From the human T2T-CHM13v2.0 reference genome, Homo sapiens, in NCBI RefSeq assembly GCF_009914755.1, contig NC_060934.1: DNA of 64,000 nucleotides; one strand, written 5' to 3'. The notes under the pieces were generated by a model. That model worked only from the letters and a program-made list of their open reading frames with translations. It was not told where the DNA came from and ran no database searches. The first letter of the stretch is position 1. The number at the start of each line of letters is the position of its first letter. The position numbers and the translations under genes were made by a program. Positions 1 to 16,670 of this stretch are shown in pieces.

Positions 1-616
1 AAGCGTTAACACTTGGGATCTCATTCTCCCACCCTTGCAGTGGTTAGTTCCAGACTTCACTGCTTTTTGCAGACTTCCTACCCCATAGAATTCTCCTCAC
101 TCTCAACAAGGTTGCGCATTCTACTACAGAGGGAAAACTGAAGCCTTTATATGACAGTTCTCTTATGTTCCAACATGAAAACCTTATACATTCATCTTCT
201 TTCTCTAGGTCTGGGAGTCATTTCCCATCCTTTTCAGACAGCATCGTCTATGAATTTTCTTCTTCCTGTTTGTGATCTTCCACTTTTTCCTATTCAATAG
301 CTCTTTTCTGTTGAAATGTTTAAAATATGCACTTCTGCTCACCAAAAGAAAACAAAAAAGCCTGCCTCTCTTTTGTAGGCTGTTTATGATCTCTCACCAG
401 TGGAATATGAACTCCTCAAAGAAAAAGATGATCTTTCCCCACTATAGTTCCTGGCTCTTCATAGAAGTAATTATTAATAAATATTTGATAAAATGAATGA
501 ATACACCAGTTCAAATGCCTTGTTTGATTGATAGATAAGGAAACTGAGGCCAGGTTGATGTGATGACCAACCGGGTTTTATTGGACATTTGTAAATGATA
601 AGTGTTTTCCCAACAT

Positions 617-923
<307 letters not shown>

Positions 924-1129
924 CCAATACTTGATTTAGTCAACTGATACAAGTAAAGCTATACAAATATAACACATATCATGATTTGCACTTTGTTTGG
1001 GATGCTTCTGAGATGCATTCTTGGAGTTATTAAGAATAACTTTGCCAGTGGATATGGTGAGATGACTTTGGATTTAATAGAGGAAAGAAAATTCCTCACA
1101 AGGAATGGCTCTTTGGGAAAGATTGTTGT

Positions 1130-1460
1130 CAACACAGCAGCAAGAACCTTTTAAAACTGACGACAGATTATGACACTCCCATGCTCAAAACCCTTCAACG
1201 CTGCCCATTTCCTGCGAAATAAAAATGCAAGCCCTGACCATCACATCCAGGACTCTTCAAGATCTGACCTTCCTTCCAAGCCCAATCTTCCCATTTCTTA
1301 TGTCCTCCCTAACTCACCAAGCTTGCTCCCCGCAGGGTGTCTACTCGTGTTGTCTTTTCCTGGAAAGCTTATCCCTAGAGAGCCACACCACTCACTCCCT
1401 TTCTCACCTTTGCTCAGACACCTCCTTCTCAGTGAACTTGAGGAAGCTCCATGTCAGTCA
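1130..1460 (+). mobile_element. L2 fragment
   Basis: Resembles L2 3' region (cttttaaaa...gacactcccatgctcaaaacccttcaa...gaaataaaaatgcaagccctgacc). Confidence 0.6.
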
Positions 1461-1807
1461 CTGAAACTTAAAGAATATTTTCTCTGCTTATAGAAAATAA
1501 TCATTGTGCACACTTTCCTGTGGTGTTGGAGCAGGAATGGCAGCCACCAAGGACCTATGAAAATGTCAAGGCAGAAGTGTTGGCTTAGAATGGCTCCACC
1601 TCCCCCATCTACTTCCTCGTGCCCCCTTTCCTGATCCCAGAAGATGCCTGTGAGCTGGTGTGTGGATGTTTCCCTGGGTCAGGGCAAAGCCTCACGGGTC
1701 TGCCACATCTGAAAATGCCTGTTCGTTCTGTTCTCTTCCCATCCCTACCCTCCGTCATAACCTCCTTTTCCTCAGAGCAAACTAAGTTGTTGAGTTAATA
1801 AATCTGA

Positions 1808-2062
1808 CACTCCAGCCTGGGCAACATAACAAGACCCCATCTCTACAAGGAAAATTTTTAAAAATTAGCCAGACATGGTAGCATGCACCTGTAGTCCCAG
1901 CTACTCAGGAGGCTGAGGCAGGAGGCTGGCTTGAGCCCAGGAGTTAGAGGTTACAGAGAGCTATGATTGTTCTACTGCACTCTAGCCTGAGTGACAGAGT
2001 GAGAACCCCATCTCTAAAAAATAAAATAAAATGATAAAATATAAATAATATATAAGTAAATA
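1808..2062 (+). mobile_element. 5'-truncated Alu (AluJ-type)
   Basis: ccagcctgggcaacataacaagacccc...ggctggcttgagcccaggag...A-rich tail. Confidence 0.9.
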
Positions 2063-2402
2063 AATGTGTCCATACATCCAACACTCTAGGTCAAAAGTCT
2101 GCTGTGTTTATTCCTCTCACAGGCTGTTTGCATCTTAAGAGATGATCTTTTTATTAATTCAAACAGATGTGGGATTGGGAGATCATATAGGGAAGCCAGT
2201 TTTGACTAGGGAGAATCTTGCAGGAGCCAGGCCTCCTTTGGGACACAATCCAATTCTGTGACAGAATGACATGGATGCCTTACTTTGAGAGTTGCTCAAA
2301 CCCTGAGAAGTAAGGAATTGCTTCTTAAAAGATCCATGAAAGGCAACTTGTTGCTATATTGATATTTTAATAGCAATATGTCCCCCAAATAATGTTATTC
2401 CA

Positions 2403-2456
2403 TTTCACATTTCATATATATTTATATGCTTTCACATTTCATATATATGCATATGC
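2403..2456. repeat. 27-bp tandem duplication
   Basis: tttcacatttcatatatatttatatgc / tttcacatttcatatatatgcatatgc. Confidence 0.85.
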
Positions 2457-3732
2457 TTTTTCAAGTATCATTTTTTTGGGAAAGTCGTTCCTGTAGCATT
2501 TGAGCAGGGCCGTAGTTCTGCAGTTGTTTTTGGCTAAAACTCCTCATTAGTTTCAAAGTGCAGTGTTTGATGATCATGGTCTTCAGGTTGTGCTCTGTTT
2601 TTAAAGGAAATATTTAACCACAGAGCAGGACACCCTATCACAGGCACTTAATTTAATGTGGAAACCCAGCTGTTACTTTCTCTGAAACTTTTAGTAACTA
2701 TTAAGGAAGGTGAAGTGGCAGAATTGGAACCTGAACTATGGTTCATAACTCTGGGCTGAAACTGTTTTCGGAAGAAAGCTCTTGGGTTGGTTGAAAAGAT
2801 AACTCATGACATGGCGGACAGCCCCAAAACCTAGAGCCAGAAAACATGGAATGCTTCAAACAAACAAAGCCCAGCCTCTTCTTCAATCTGTTGCTTGTTG
2901 GTCCTTGGCCAGAGGAAGAAATGTGGGACTCCTGGGAATTGTGCCCAGTGCAAGAGTTCAAAGCTCCCTTTTGGAACGGATTCTGAGTACCAGCAGATAA
3001 AAGGCCATCCTCATTTTAGAAAAGACTTGGGCCGCTTTACTCAGTGGCCTGATCTCGAAATATTCCAGAATGTGCTGGTCTCCCTGTACCTATTGTCCAT
3101 GTCTGTTTCCTTTAGTCATCAGCTTTCCTCAGGCTGTATTTTGGGTGGGCTTAAAAAAATATAATAGCTTTAGAAATTACATAGTAGTTAGAATGAAGAT
3201 TTTATGTAGAAAGAGCAGTTTATATAAACTCCCAGCATGAAAGTTACCCCAAATGATAGGATTCTGACTTGGTGCATTTGCAGAATTTCAGACTGGATTA
3301 CTGGTTTTGAAATGAATCAAGTTGTGTGACGGCAAAGTAAAATTTCTTCATCCAAAGTGAACTTGATATCTCCAGAGATTCCCCTGACTTTGCCTCCTTT
3401 CTTTAAATATAGACAAAATACAATAATAATCTATCACTCAGCATTTGGTTTTTAAAGTTTATGAGCAACAGTAGAATAATATGGGAGAGAATTCAAGTGA
3501 TTCTTTGTGTATTAATGAGGGTGAAGGAATATAATACGACAACTGGAAGCTTTGTCCTTTAATTGGTATTGTGTAAGCTCCTGGGGGAGTTACTATGTTT
3601 CCCTCAGGAACATAGTAATTGTATTCATTTTTGAACACAAGGATCATTTTCTCAGTGGATTACTTTCCCAGAGCCTAGCACAGTGCCAGGCAAGTTGTAA
3701 GTGTTCACTGTCTATTGAAAGAATGAATACGT

Positions 3733-4635
3733 TGTGAATAGTGCCGCAATAAACATATGTGTGCATGTGTCTTTATAGCAGCATGACTTATAATCCTTTG
3801 GGTATATAACCAGTAATGGGATGGCTGGGTCAAATGGTATTTCTAGTTCTAGATCCCTGAGGAATCGCCACACTGACTTCCACAATGGTTGAACTAGTTT
3901 ACAGTCCCACCAACAGTGTAAAAGTGTTTCTATTTCTCCACATCCTCTCCAGCACCTATTGTTTCCTGACTTTTTAATAATCTCCATTCTAACTGGTGTG
4001 AGATGGTATCTCCTTGTGGTTTTGATTTGCATTTCTCTGATGGCCAGTGATGATGAGCATTTTTTCATGTGTCTTTTGGCTGCATAAATGTCTTCTTTTG
4101 AGAAGTGTCTGTTCATATCCTTTGCCCACTTTGTGATGAGGTTTTTTTTCTTGTAAATTTGTTTGAGTTCTTTGTAGATTCTGGATATTGCAGCACTATT
4201 CACAATAGCAAAGACTTGGAACCAACCCAAATGTCCAACAATGATAGACTGGATTAAGAAAATGTGGCACATATACACCATGGAATACTATGCAGTCATA
4301 AAAAAGGATGAGTTCATGTCCTTTGTAAGGACATAGATGAAGCTGGAAACCATCATTCTCAGCAAACTATGGCAAGGACAAAAAACCAAACACCGCATGT
4401 TCTCACTCATAGGTGGGAATTGAACAATGAGAACACATGGACACAGGAAGGGGAACATCACACACTGGGGCCTGTTGTGTGGTGGGGAGCGGGGGAGGGA
4501 TAGCATTAGAAGATATACCTAATGTAAATGATGAGTTAATGGGTGCAGCACACCAACATGGCACATGTATACATATGTAACAAACCTGCACGTTGTGCAC
4601 ATGTACCCTAGAACTTAAAGTATAATAATAATAAA
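3733..4635 (+). mobile_element. 5'-truncated, 5'-inverted L1PA (L1PA4-like)
   Basis: ORF2 C-terminal part on - strand (3733-4189), 3' part and A-rich tail on + (4186-4635); TSD aaagaatgaatac(g/a)t at 3718-3732 and 4636-4650. Confidence 0.93.
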
Positions 4636-5479
4636 AAAGAATGAATACATGAAAGAATACTTTTTAGTATAATCTTTTAGGGACTATAAGAGAAAAAAAT
4701 CCTTATGGTATTTTAAAACAGTATTGGAACGGCTACATATTTGGAAAGTTCAGATAGATCACTAATGGAGAAACTGTCTAGTAACCCAGTGAGCAGTTGG
4801 GTTGGGAGAATTGGTTGTGAGTTTGGAAGAGACAGAGAATGAGGTACACAATATAATTTGAGTCACAGTTCATTGAGGCCTGACAAGAAATGGGAAATGG
4901 AATAGATTGAGTGTGGTCACATGATATCTACGGACTATTGGGAAAATATTGAAAGCTCCTAAATAGGGACAAGTCAGAAAAGCTGAGTTTCATTTCATGG
5001 ACTTTCTTGGGCAAATATACATGGGAATGCATGTTTGGGGTTAGTTCAACATATTTTTTAGTTTTGAGACCTTAGCTAAAGATTCCCCCAGAACTCCTGA
5101 AAAATAAGCTTGCACTGACTAGTATTCTGAGCCTGCACAGGTTTGAGACTTATATTCTTATTTGCTTTTTTTTTTTTTCCATGCTTGTTAAAACTGGCAA
5201 CATCAACTACTTGGGCTCCTCTAAGCAGACCTTAGCCCAGGCAGCCTGGCATGGGCCCCCATCTGGCAGTGGCCACAACCTGCCTGGATGTCCCATCTGC
5301 TAATAGATGGACCTGACAAGCAAGTTCAGGCCTGTGTATCTCAGATATCATTCGTTGTTTACCATATTGTGACTGGCTTGGGTCCATCGTCATCCATGCT
5401 CAGTGAACTGGTCACTCCTGGGGTTCTATATGTTTAAGATCTGAGGTCTATACTTGCATGAAGGATGTGGACCTTAAAA

Positions 5480-6397
<918 letters not shown>

Positions 6398-7296
6398 AAA
6401 AGTCATGCTTTGCCAGGGCCTACTTATGTCTTGTTGGAAGAAATTGTGAGGGGGACAGTGATATTGGGAGGGTCCACAGTAACCCTGAGGAGTCATTGTA
6501 AAGGGCAATTTTCCGGAATATTTTATATTGGCATCCTTGAGATTTGGGTCACTAGTTCCAAAGTCATTTTCATTTATTTTTGTATTTGACCACTATTAAA
6601 ATTTCTATTTCTTTTCCTCTTTATATCACACTCCCCTTTATACCAAGGCATTTTATTCACTTTCAAAATCTTTTTGTCCTCTGTGAACATTCTCACTCTA
6701 ATCAGAGTCCCTTGGGATGCACTGACTGCCTGCTCTGAGCTCAGGGCTGTGCTGGATGCTGGAGAGACCATTCTGCCTATCAAGTCTTGACACTCCATCC
6801 CTTCAAAGAGAGTATCATCTAACTAAGGAACAGAACGAATACAGGAGAGCCCTAAGTCCTGCAGGAATGCAGAAGAGTATTCATGAGGGATGGGGTAGTC
6901 CAAGCTAGAGCACAGGCTTGGTAGGATGAGAAGGTGTCAGAATGCATATGGTGCTGGGGGAGGATGGTCTAGACAGTGTGTGTGTTGAGGGGAAAATCAA
7001 GGGTTGATCTATACTGGGTCACAGAGCCCAGGGAGTTGCTATAGCAATTCAGGCATACAGTGGTTAGGGCTTGGACGAGGATGATGAAAAGGGGAATGGA
7101 GAATAAGCTGAGGTCACTGAAACATATGAAAGGAGAATAAATAGAAAAGTCTATATGATGAACAGAAGAGCTGTTCGTTATTACTTCTTGTTTTTCTTCT
7201 TCTTAAGTATGCTCTAACAATCCTGTAACATAATGTTTTCCGAATTTCTGAGTATTTTTAAGATAACATGCTTTTTGACTAATGAAATAGTTATAG

Positions 7297-7470
7297 CATG
7301 ATACAGTAGAGAACCGAATGTGTATAGGATAACTTAGAGCCATAGAAACCTACATTCCAACCTGGGCTCTTAGTGACGTGACCTTGGGCAAGCTAGTTCA
7401 CTTTTTTGAGTAAATTTTTACCATCTGAAAATTGAAGACAAGAATTCTCCCTAAGATAGTTATGAGGAAT
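7297..7470 (+). mobile_element. MIR
   Basis: gtgaccttgggcaagctagttcac...catctgaaaattg core. Confidence 0.7.
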
Positions 7471-8269
7471 ATGTGATAGGGAACCCCTTCTCTTGTGTAT
7501 CTTCAGATAATTTATGAAAACCTAAAGAACTTCCGGGATGTGTAGCCCCAAATTATAGGCCATAGGTCACCAAATACCAGCCACAGACCTTACGAGAGGG
7601 CTTTGCCTCTAAAGTTGGAAAACCAACAACCCACCACTTATATAATCTGTATGAACACATGTCCCAAGCCCCACTTTATATATTTAATTTTTAACGTTTG
7701 CAACTTTAAAAAAATAAAAACACAAATCTAGGAACAAAAATAATCTTTGGTTTCCAGTTCCCAGTGGCTCTTCTTTTTATTAGGTATCGATCTGAGCTTC
7801 CTCTCAAGAATGTCTCTGTATTTGCTGCAATTATCTTATAAATGAATTCATCTTTTCATGAGTGAGTTTTATTTTTTCTTACAAAAATAGAAAACTTCTG
7901 CAATAACAAGGTTGAGCGTTTAGCTTTTCACATTCAGGAAATACATCAAATAACGATAAAGTACAAGAAACATTGCATTTGAATTATTTTTTAGCTTTCT
8001 AATTGTCATTATTTTAATTATCAGCCAGGTTTTCTCTCTAGCTCTTACTCAGCCACAGCCTAGATAGGGAATGCAGACTGTTGAAAGTGTACTTGGGATG
8101 GGAGAAGAGGTCTTTTTTTTTGTATAAATCAAGAGCAAATTCTCTTTGGTAAGAAAAATGCAAACTCCACAAGGTTTAGAGAGACATGAGCCAGGCCAGA
8201 TCTTGATGTGGGAAGCTGAGGGTCTAGAGTAGAAGGAAGGAAGACTTCCAAGTTTCATGTGAAATCTAA

Positions 8270-8601
<332 letters not shown>

Positions 8602-9239
8602 AATAACAGGATTTTATTGAAGACTCAGTGTGTGCTAGGGCTGAAAATTCAAAGGCTGTTCTCAAAGAGCATGAACGCTTGTGTAAGTAGAAAAAAATCC
8701 TCTTATTTTCAAAGCTGAGAGTTTCGTGCAGACTGTCCTGGGCTCGCGGGGTGGTGGGGACAGAATACTCCTTATGTAGAAAATTGGTCTTTTTGTGGGA
8801 AAATATCTAATAGGTCTTTAGATTCGATCAATACATTTTAGTGCCAGTCTGAATGAGAGAGAGAGAGGTTGACCTCCCAGTAGATAAAAGAAGGAAAATA
8901 TCCAGATATGGAGAAGAGTGGCGGTGGGTGAAGAAGACCCTTCTCTGAGGAGGAAGATTACCAGTGAGAATTTCTTTGCTATAGATGATGGGGATTCAAA
9001 GTAAAGTGGCACTCAATATCCTAAGTTATCTTCAGCTTTTCTATGTTTCGTGATTATCCATTATGGTCCCACATTTTTAAAGTCCTAAAACTTCAATGAA
9101 CTATCTTAAAAATAACAAGTTTCTTTGGAGAATAAAGGGGAAAATACAAGATAAATCATGAAAAACATTTTAATGGGCAAAAACGGTGACTGAGTGTCCA
9201 ATAGTCTAACACACTCTTTTTCGTTACTTTCACCTTTCC

Positions 9240-9549
<310 letters not shown>

Positions 9550-9725
9550 TCACCTTTCATTTTCTGTGAGCCATTTTACAACTATGTAAGGTAGAAAACA
9601 GTAACGATGCAAATGCTTTTTGTTTAAAAAAGTGCAAATTGTACGGAGGTGTAGTTGATTACTGCCATGTGGATATTGACTACTTTTGCTTTGGCTGTAA
9701 ATTTTTTTTTAGCATATATGTGTAT

Positions 9726-9897
9726 ATTTCCAAAAATTCTCATTTGTAGCAGTGGTGACATCTTACTGGTTCGCTCATTAATAAGTTAAAAAACTCTTTG
9801 GCGTGTTCATTTCTAAAAATTCTCATTTGTAGCAGTGGTAACATTTTACTAGTTCCCTCATTAATAGGTTAAAGAAAATCTTTGGCGTTGTTCATTT
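9726..9897. repeat. ~83-bp tandem duplication (2 copies)
   Basis: aaaaattctcatttgtagcagtggt...ctttggcgt(t)gttcattt occurs twice, period 83. Confidence 0.9.
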
Positions 9898-10005
9898 TGT
9901 GTTTGTTCTAGGCATCATGATTTAACGGTTTTTTTTTTTTTTTTAAAGAAAACTTTTAACAAAGGAGAAGGAGGCAGAGGAGAAGGCACATGAGAGGGAA
10001 GATGG

Positions 10006-10965
<960 letters not shown>

Positions 10966-11415
10966 GTAGGGACCAAATTTTGAGAAAATCTGTGCAAACT
11001 GTGAACAACAGAGAAAAGTAAGTAAGCAGCAACTGAGAATGTATTCACAAAAACAACTGCCCTTCATGGAGATTCTATAGAATTCTTAGGACTGTGTGCT
11101 AGAGGTTTCAAAAAGGAGGGGCATTTTAAGACATTGTGTTTGAATATTAAAGAGTAATTTCAGTAAAGTGAGAGATCTCGATTCTAACAAATACATTGGT
11201 AAACACATAATTACAACAGTGTGATAATTGTCAGATTGGAGATATTTGCAAGTTTCATTAAATCACAGCAAGGACCCCTAAATCTTTTGACTATATTACC
11301 GACATTTTTTAACATTTCCATTCATATTTGAAAGTTAAATCAAGTTTTCAGAACTAAAATAAGAAATATCTATATTTCTCTACATCTAATCTATCTTATC
11401 TGTCTCATCCATCTA

Positions 11416-11519
11416 TCTTTCTTTTCTTCCCCTCCTGTCTATTTATTGCTACTTTAATTACTTAAAGTAGCAATATTATTAGACAGCAATAAATAGACAG
11501 GAAGGAAGGAAAAGAAAGA
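11416..11519. repeat. Nested inverted repeats (35-bp outer arms, 14-bp inner arms)
   Basis: 11416-11450 is the reverse complement of 11485-11519 (3 mismatches); 11444-11457 is the perfect reverse complement of 11462-11475. Confidence 0.9.
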
Positions 11520-11784
11520 ATAGTAAAAGTAAACTATTACATTCAGTCAAGTTCAACATTGTCAGAGTAACTGAGAATCCCTTACCTGCCTAATTATTAA
11601 CAGATTCTTTTTTTAAAATAGAGTAACAGTGTCTTTCCTATGTCAGAGGGAGAACAGATGCCCCTTCCCTGCAAATAAAACGTGCATGAAGTGACACTAT
11701 AGAAAAGGGAGACATGACTCTTTTGTTCTCCAAGGAGCTTGAACCCTCCCAGTGGGGGCAGTGCTTAAGAAGTAGGGGTTGGTT

Positions 11785-12093
11785 GGCCGGGTGTGGTGGT
11801 TCATGCCTGTAATCCCGTCACGTTGGGAGGCCGAGGGGGGCGGATCACGAGGTCAGGAGATTGAAACCATCCTGGCTAACACGGTGAAACCCCGTCTCTA
11901 CTAAAAATACAAAAAAATTAGCCGGGCATGGTAATGGGCACCTGTAGTCCCAGCTACTTGGGAGGCTGAGGCAAGAGAATGGCATGAACCCAGGAGGCAG
12001 AGCTTGCAGTGAGCCGAGATTGATTGCACCACTGCCTGGGCGAGAGTGAGACTCTGTCTCAAAACAAAACAAAAACAAAACAAACAAACAAAA
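11785..12093 (+). mobile_element. AluY
   Basis: accatcctggctaacacggtg, gaatggcatgaacc, gagcttgcag; TSD aagaagtaggggttggt at 11767-11783 and 12094-12110. Confidence 0.95.
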
Positions 12094-12309
12094 AAGAAGT
12101 AGGGGTTGGTGAATTTCTCTGCAAAGGAAAACCTCAGGTCTTTTCTGAGACTCTGCAGGGCTATCTCCTTTTCTTTGTGCAACCCCCACTCAGTAATCAT
12201 GGGGAATTACCATCCCAGTTGGCTTTACCTTAGGAGCAAATTTATGGAGCCCCTGCTAGAGGGATCCTAGCTACAAGTACCAAAATTAGAGGTGGCTTTG
12301 TGATCAGGT

Positions 12310-12520
12310 AAAAATAGCAAGAAGTGTGAAGTCAGACAGACCTGTGTTTTCTTCCTACTCTCATGCCTTACTGACTGTTCAAGTTTGCACTAAATGTCTT
12401 AACTTCCCAAGAGATTTCTCATATGTGAAATGCTGAGATAAAAACACTAACCTTGAAGGTTTATTCATAAATAGACATAGATAAGACAATACAAAGAACT
12501 TGGCATAGGGTGAGTGTTCG
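12310..12520 (+). mobile_element. MIR (degenerate)
   Basis: gaagtcagacagacctg...tttctcatatgtgaaatg. Confidence 0.5.
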
Positions 12521-13274
12521 GTGTCATTTCTACTTCCCTATTTGGCCAACTCAAGGGAATGAACAAGATCTGAAACCCTACAAAGGAATTTTAGGGAAAG
12601 GAAAAATGAGATTTCCAAACAATAATTTTTTTATGAGACATAACAAAGAGAAAGGATTTGGGGGTTGGGTTTTCCTGTCTTTCTGAAATTAGGTTTGCAT
12701 CCAGGAACAAATACCTAGTTCTCAGTGGCAGTGGATTTGGTTTCTTTTCTAACCCTCTTTGTCCCCATTATAGCAACACAAGCATCTTGACTGATCAATA
12801 AATAGTCTGCCCTCCATTAGTTACCAACCAGCTCACTGGGAAGGGGTTTAGGCTGCTAGAATTCTAACCTTTGAGCACCTACATAAAAGAGTCACGAATG
12901 AAGGGGGAGGCAAATGCTGTCTTTTGCACTCATTATTCAATACTGGGATTTTCTGATTTTGTTTGTAGCAGGTAATCTCAGCCTCAAGACTCTGTCACCC
13001 CCACACCTAATCATCTATTTGACTTCTACCCACAGAACTGCCTTTAGCTGAGAATAATGCCTCCTCTTAATCAGCATAGATGACTCAGCTATGAGTTTTT
13101 TGGTTTTTGTCTCTGATTATTTTCCTGTAGTTTTGACTTACGTAGTATAATGCCATGACCCTGGTAACATTGCTTTTCTCATCATAATACCATCTATAAA
13201 TGCACTGCTATTTCAGAAAGTGACATCTTAAAGCCAAGGCTAGGTAAAATTTTCCAGAATAACCTAAGAAGGAC

Positions 13275-13580
13275 TTTTTTTTTTTTTTTTTGAGACAAGG
13301 TCTGACTCTGTCACCCAAGCTGGAGTGCAGTGGCACGATCACGGCTCACTGCAACTTCAGTCTCCCAGGGTTCAAGCAATCCTCCCACCTCAGTCCCCCA
13401 CGTAGCTGGGAGGCTGGGACCACAGGTGCATGCCACCATGCCCAGCTACTTTGTGTATTTTTTGTGGAGATGAGGTTTCGCCATGTTGCCTAATCTGGTC
13501 TTGACCTCCTGGGCTCAAGCGATCTAGCCACCATGGCCTTCCAAAGTGTGGGTGTTATAAGCATGGGCCATTGCACCCAT
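13275..13580 (-). mobile_element. Alu (AluJ-type)
   Basis: Reverse Alu with gatcacggctcactgc and ctcctgggctcaagcgatc. Confidence 0.92.
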
Positions 13581-16487
13581 CAGAGAAGGTCATATCTTAA
13601 AGGGATTTTCAGGCATGGCCAAGAGCACTCGGTATATTGGCTCAATTCACCCTTCAACATCACTCCTTGTGAAATCTTTCTACCTCTACTCTGGGGGAGT
13701 AGGAGGAAACTGAAAAGACTGGCACTGTGGGGGCTCCTGCTTGTGGAAGGAAAATGTCGTTTTCTAGCCTACTCTCAAAGCACTACATTTATCAACATCA
13801 TTTTTACAAAGTTATTTTTTAATACAGGGTTTTTAAAGCTAAGGTTAGTTACCAAGTGGTGAAGTTTTATTAGAATATGCCAAATACTGTGTTAACCCTA
13901 TATAGACCTTTGAACACTTATCCATATAGTAATCTGTATGTGAAATATCCTGAGAATTTTAGACTGGAGACTAAAGCTTAGAGAGGTCAATTGACCTACC
14001 CAAGTTCACACAGCTAAAACGTCCTAAGTGCATCAAATTACTTTTATTTTGCTTAAGCTTATAAGGAATAAGATGTGATAATGCATCTTGATAATGAAAC
14101 ATTCACTGTGTTATTTTACTTGTTTTTCGTTAAGTACAAAGATGTTTTATGAGTATTTTATTCCAGTTTTCTCTTTAATAGCTTAAAATCAAGAATACCT
14201 TAAATTGAAAAATAAGCAATCTGAGACGGTCAAAAGGAGGTAATTCAACCTAATAATTCAATATTTAAAAAAAACAAGCAAACTTAGGAAATTGTTACAT
14301 GCAGTGCATATTAATTTGGCCTTGTGGCTCTTCATTGTGCTCTTACCTTTAGGTACCTCCTCTTCTCTACCACATCCAATTGACAACAGATCCTTTTTTT
14401 CTTTTAGTATCTTATTATACTCAGTCTGGTTGCAAGGTCCAGGGAGTTAAAATCAGATTCTTAAAGGTGATTTTGCTTATCTCTGTTCTGCTACGAGTTA
14501 GTCTTATAGGTAAACTCTTACAGGGAGACCTTCCTTACTTCCAAATTCTTAGTAGCATCACACTGAGTCAGTCTACAGGAAGGTTTGTTCACTTTACTAA
14601 AAACCTCTCAATTCCACTAAAGGATCCCCAGTAATTTCCTTTATATGACTCTTGAGCAGACTTAAGTGATTCACTCAAAAACATAATGGAAATCCTAGGA
14701 GGCATATACCATGAGTTAGCCTGAAAGTGAGCAATTCATATAGAATTAAGAATGAATTATTATTTCTGCCCCTGGTTTTGATCATACATATATGGACTAT
14801 CTGAGCCAGGTAGACTAGTTTGAGGTTTGCTTCCTGTGGTAAGAGCTGTTCTGTCTTGGCTGAATATTAGACAGCTTACGCTAGACATAAAGGCTAAGTG
14901 AGGCTATGACTAAAGCATCATTTCTATTTCGTAGTCTTGGTCCTGGGCCAATAACCCTGGTCTGCAAATGAGAGAGATGTTCCAGACTACACATACTGCA
15001 AAACAAAGTCAACTGGAGTAGAATCTTTGATGTGGCATTTGAATAAACACCTGAATTGAATTACTGATAGACCGGTGCTGAATGTCCTTCCAGCTGGTTC
15101 TCCAATAAGTGGATCTATCCCAGATACAGGTCACTTGCAAAGCTTGAACACCACAGAGTGGACTTAGGACCGAGCAACAAGCACCTTTTGCTTTGAGGAA
15201 TATTTACCATGTTTTCTATAACCATAAAATATCCAAATATGGAAGATACAAACTCTAAATCTTATGTTTTAAACTCTCTGAAATAGTGATATGATTTGAC
15301 TTTCTGTACTATTCATTCTTCTATTAAAAAGTGAGTGAGTTGTGGTCACAGAAATGTAAAGCACAATAGAGTTTGTTGTAGAAAGAAAAAGGAAGAAAAA
15401 GGAAGGTAAAATAAGATTTCTGTGAGCATAGGTCTTTCACAAACAAGGTGCATCAATGCCCAAGGAAAACCAGTCCACTGGCTGCTTTTATGCATTGTAG
15501 GAAAGACCATAAAAGTCACACTGATCTTGTATCAAAAGGTGGCAGTCCTGTGTTCATGGCCTGCTGGTGAAAATTTTAAATCATTGAGATGCTACAGGCA
15601 ACATATTTCTCAAGCTACTAAACCCTGGAGGAAGGTAAAGATTGCAAAAACCACATAATTGAGCTGAACCTGGTATTCCCCTTTGCAAAACAAGGATACT
15701 GTCCTCAGTCTGTCTTGCAGGAATATTAAGAGCTCTTCTTTCACAAAATATTTTGAGTTTTTCTGAGAGAGAAGCTCTGAAAATATTGAGACTGTTTTTT
15801 TTAACATAGCAGCAAAATACTCTTTTTTTAGTAAACTATATTTGCACATGTGAACATTCTCAGATTTTAAAGTCTTACTCTTAAGTCTTACTCTCTTTAA
15901 GTGAATTTTTATGTTTATGGTATTTTGTGAAATATCAAGAGCAGCAAAACTGAATTACAAATATAATTGCTGTTTTACTATAGCTAAGAATGAAAACAGA
16001 TGGTAATTATGTCCACTACAAATTGTCCCCTGAGCACATGGGTCATCCATGTTTCTTATGGATGATCAGTTTCTTAGAGGTGCAGAAGAACCATACCTTG
16101 CTACATCCTTGAAAATGGATTTTTGCTATAATAAGTGAACTTTCAGGATGTGGTGCAACTATGAACACACTCAATTGCATAACCTGTGGTTTCCTAAGCA
16201 GGATTTCCATTTGAAAATGCCCAGGGTCTGTTAGAGAAGAGAAAGTCTAAATAGGATCTTAAATGACATTGATGCTTCAGAGATGTGAAGATTAATCATG
16301 ATTTTTTTGGGGAGGGGGGCAACTCCGTTTTCTTACTTACATCTCTGAGTACTGACATACAGTCAATAAAAATATTTCCTTTGCCAGATAACGAAGTCCT
16401 CGTATTTTTCTTGGTACTATTTGTTAAAACTTACAGGTAGTACTGTGATAAATCATTATAATAATTATAAATCTATTATAATTTTAA

Positions 16488-16670
16488 TAATAATGGCTGC
16501 CATTTGTTGAGGTCTTGACCGTACAATGAAAAAGATTTTACACACATTATCTCCTTTAATCCTGATAATAACCTGCAAAGCAAGTACTATCCCCATTTTA
16601 CAGTGAGAAACAGAGGCTTAGAGAGGGAAAATAACTTGGCCGAGACAAACCTCCAGAAACCAGCAGAGTT
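16488..16670 (-). mobile_element. MIR
   Basis: ccccattttacagtgagaaacagaggcttagagag. Confidence 0.75.

Noticed and set aside
3712-4281. 189-aa ORF resembling the L1 ORF2 C-terminus
   Set aside because: Chimera created by the L1 inversion junction; truncated retroelement remnant
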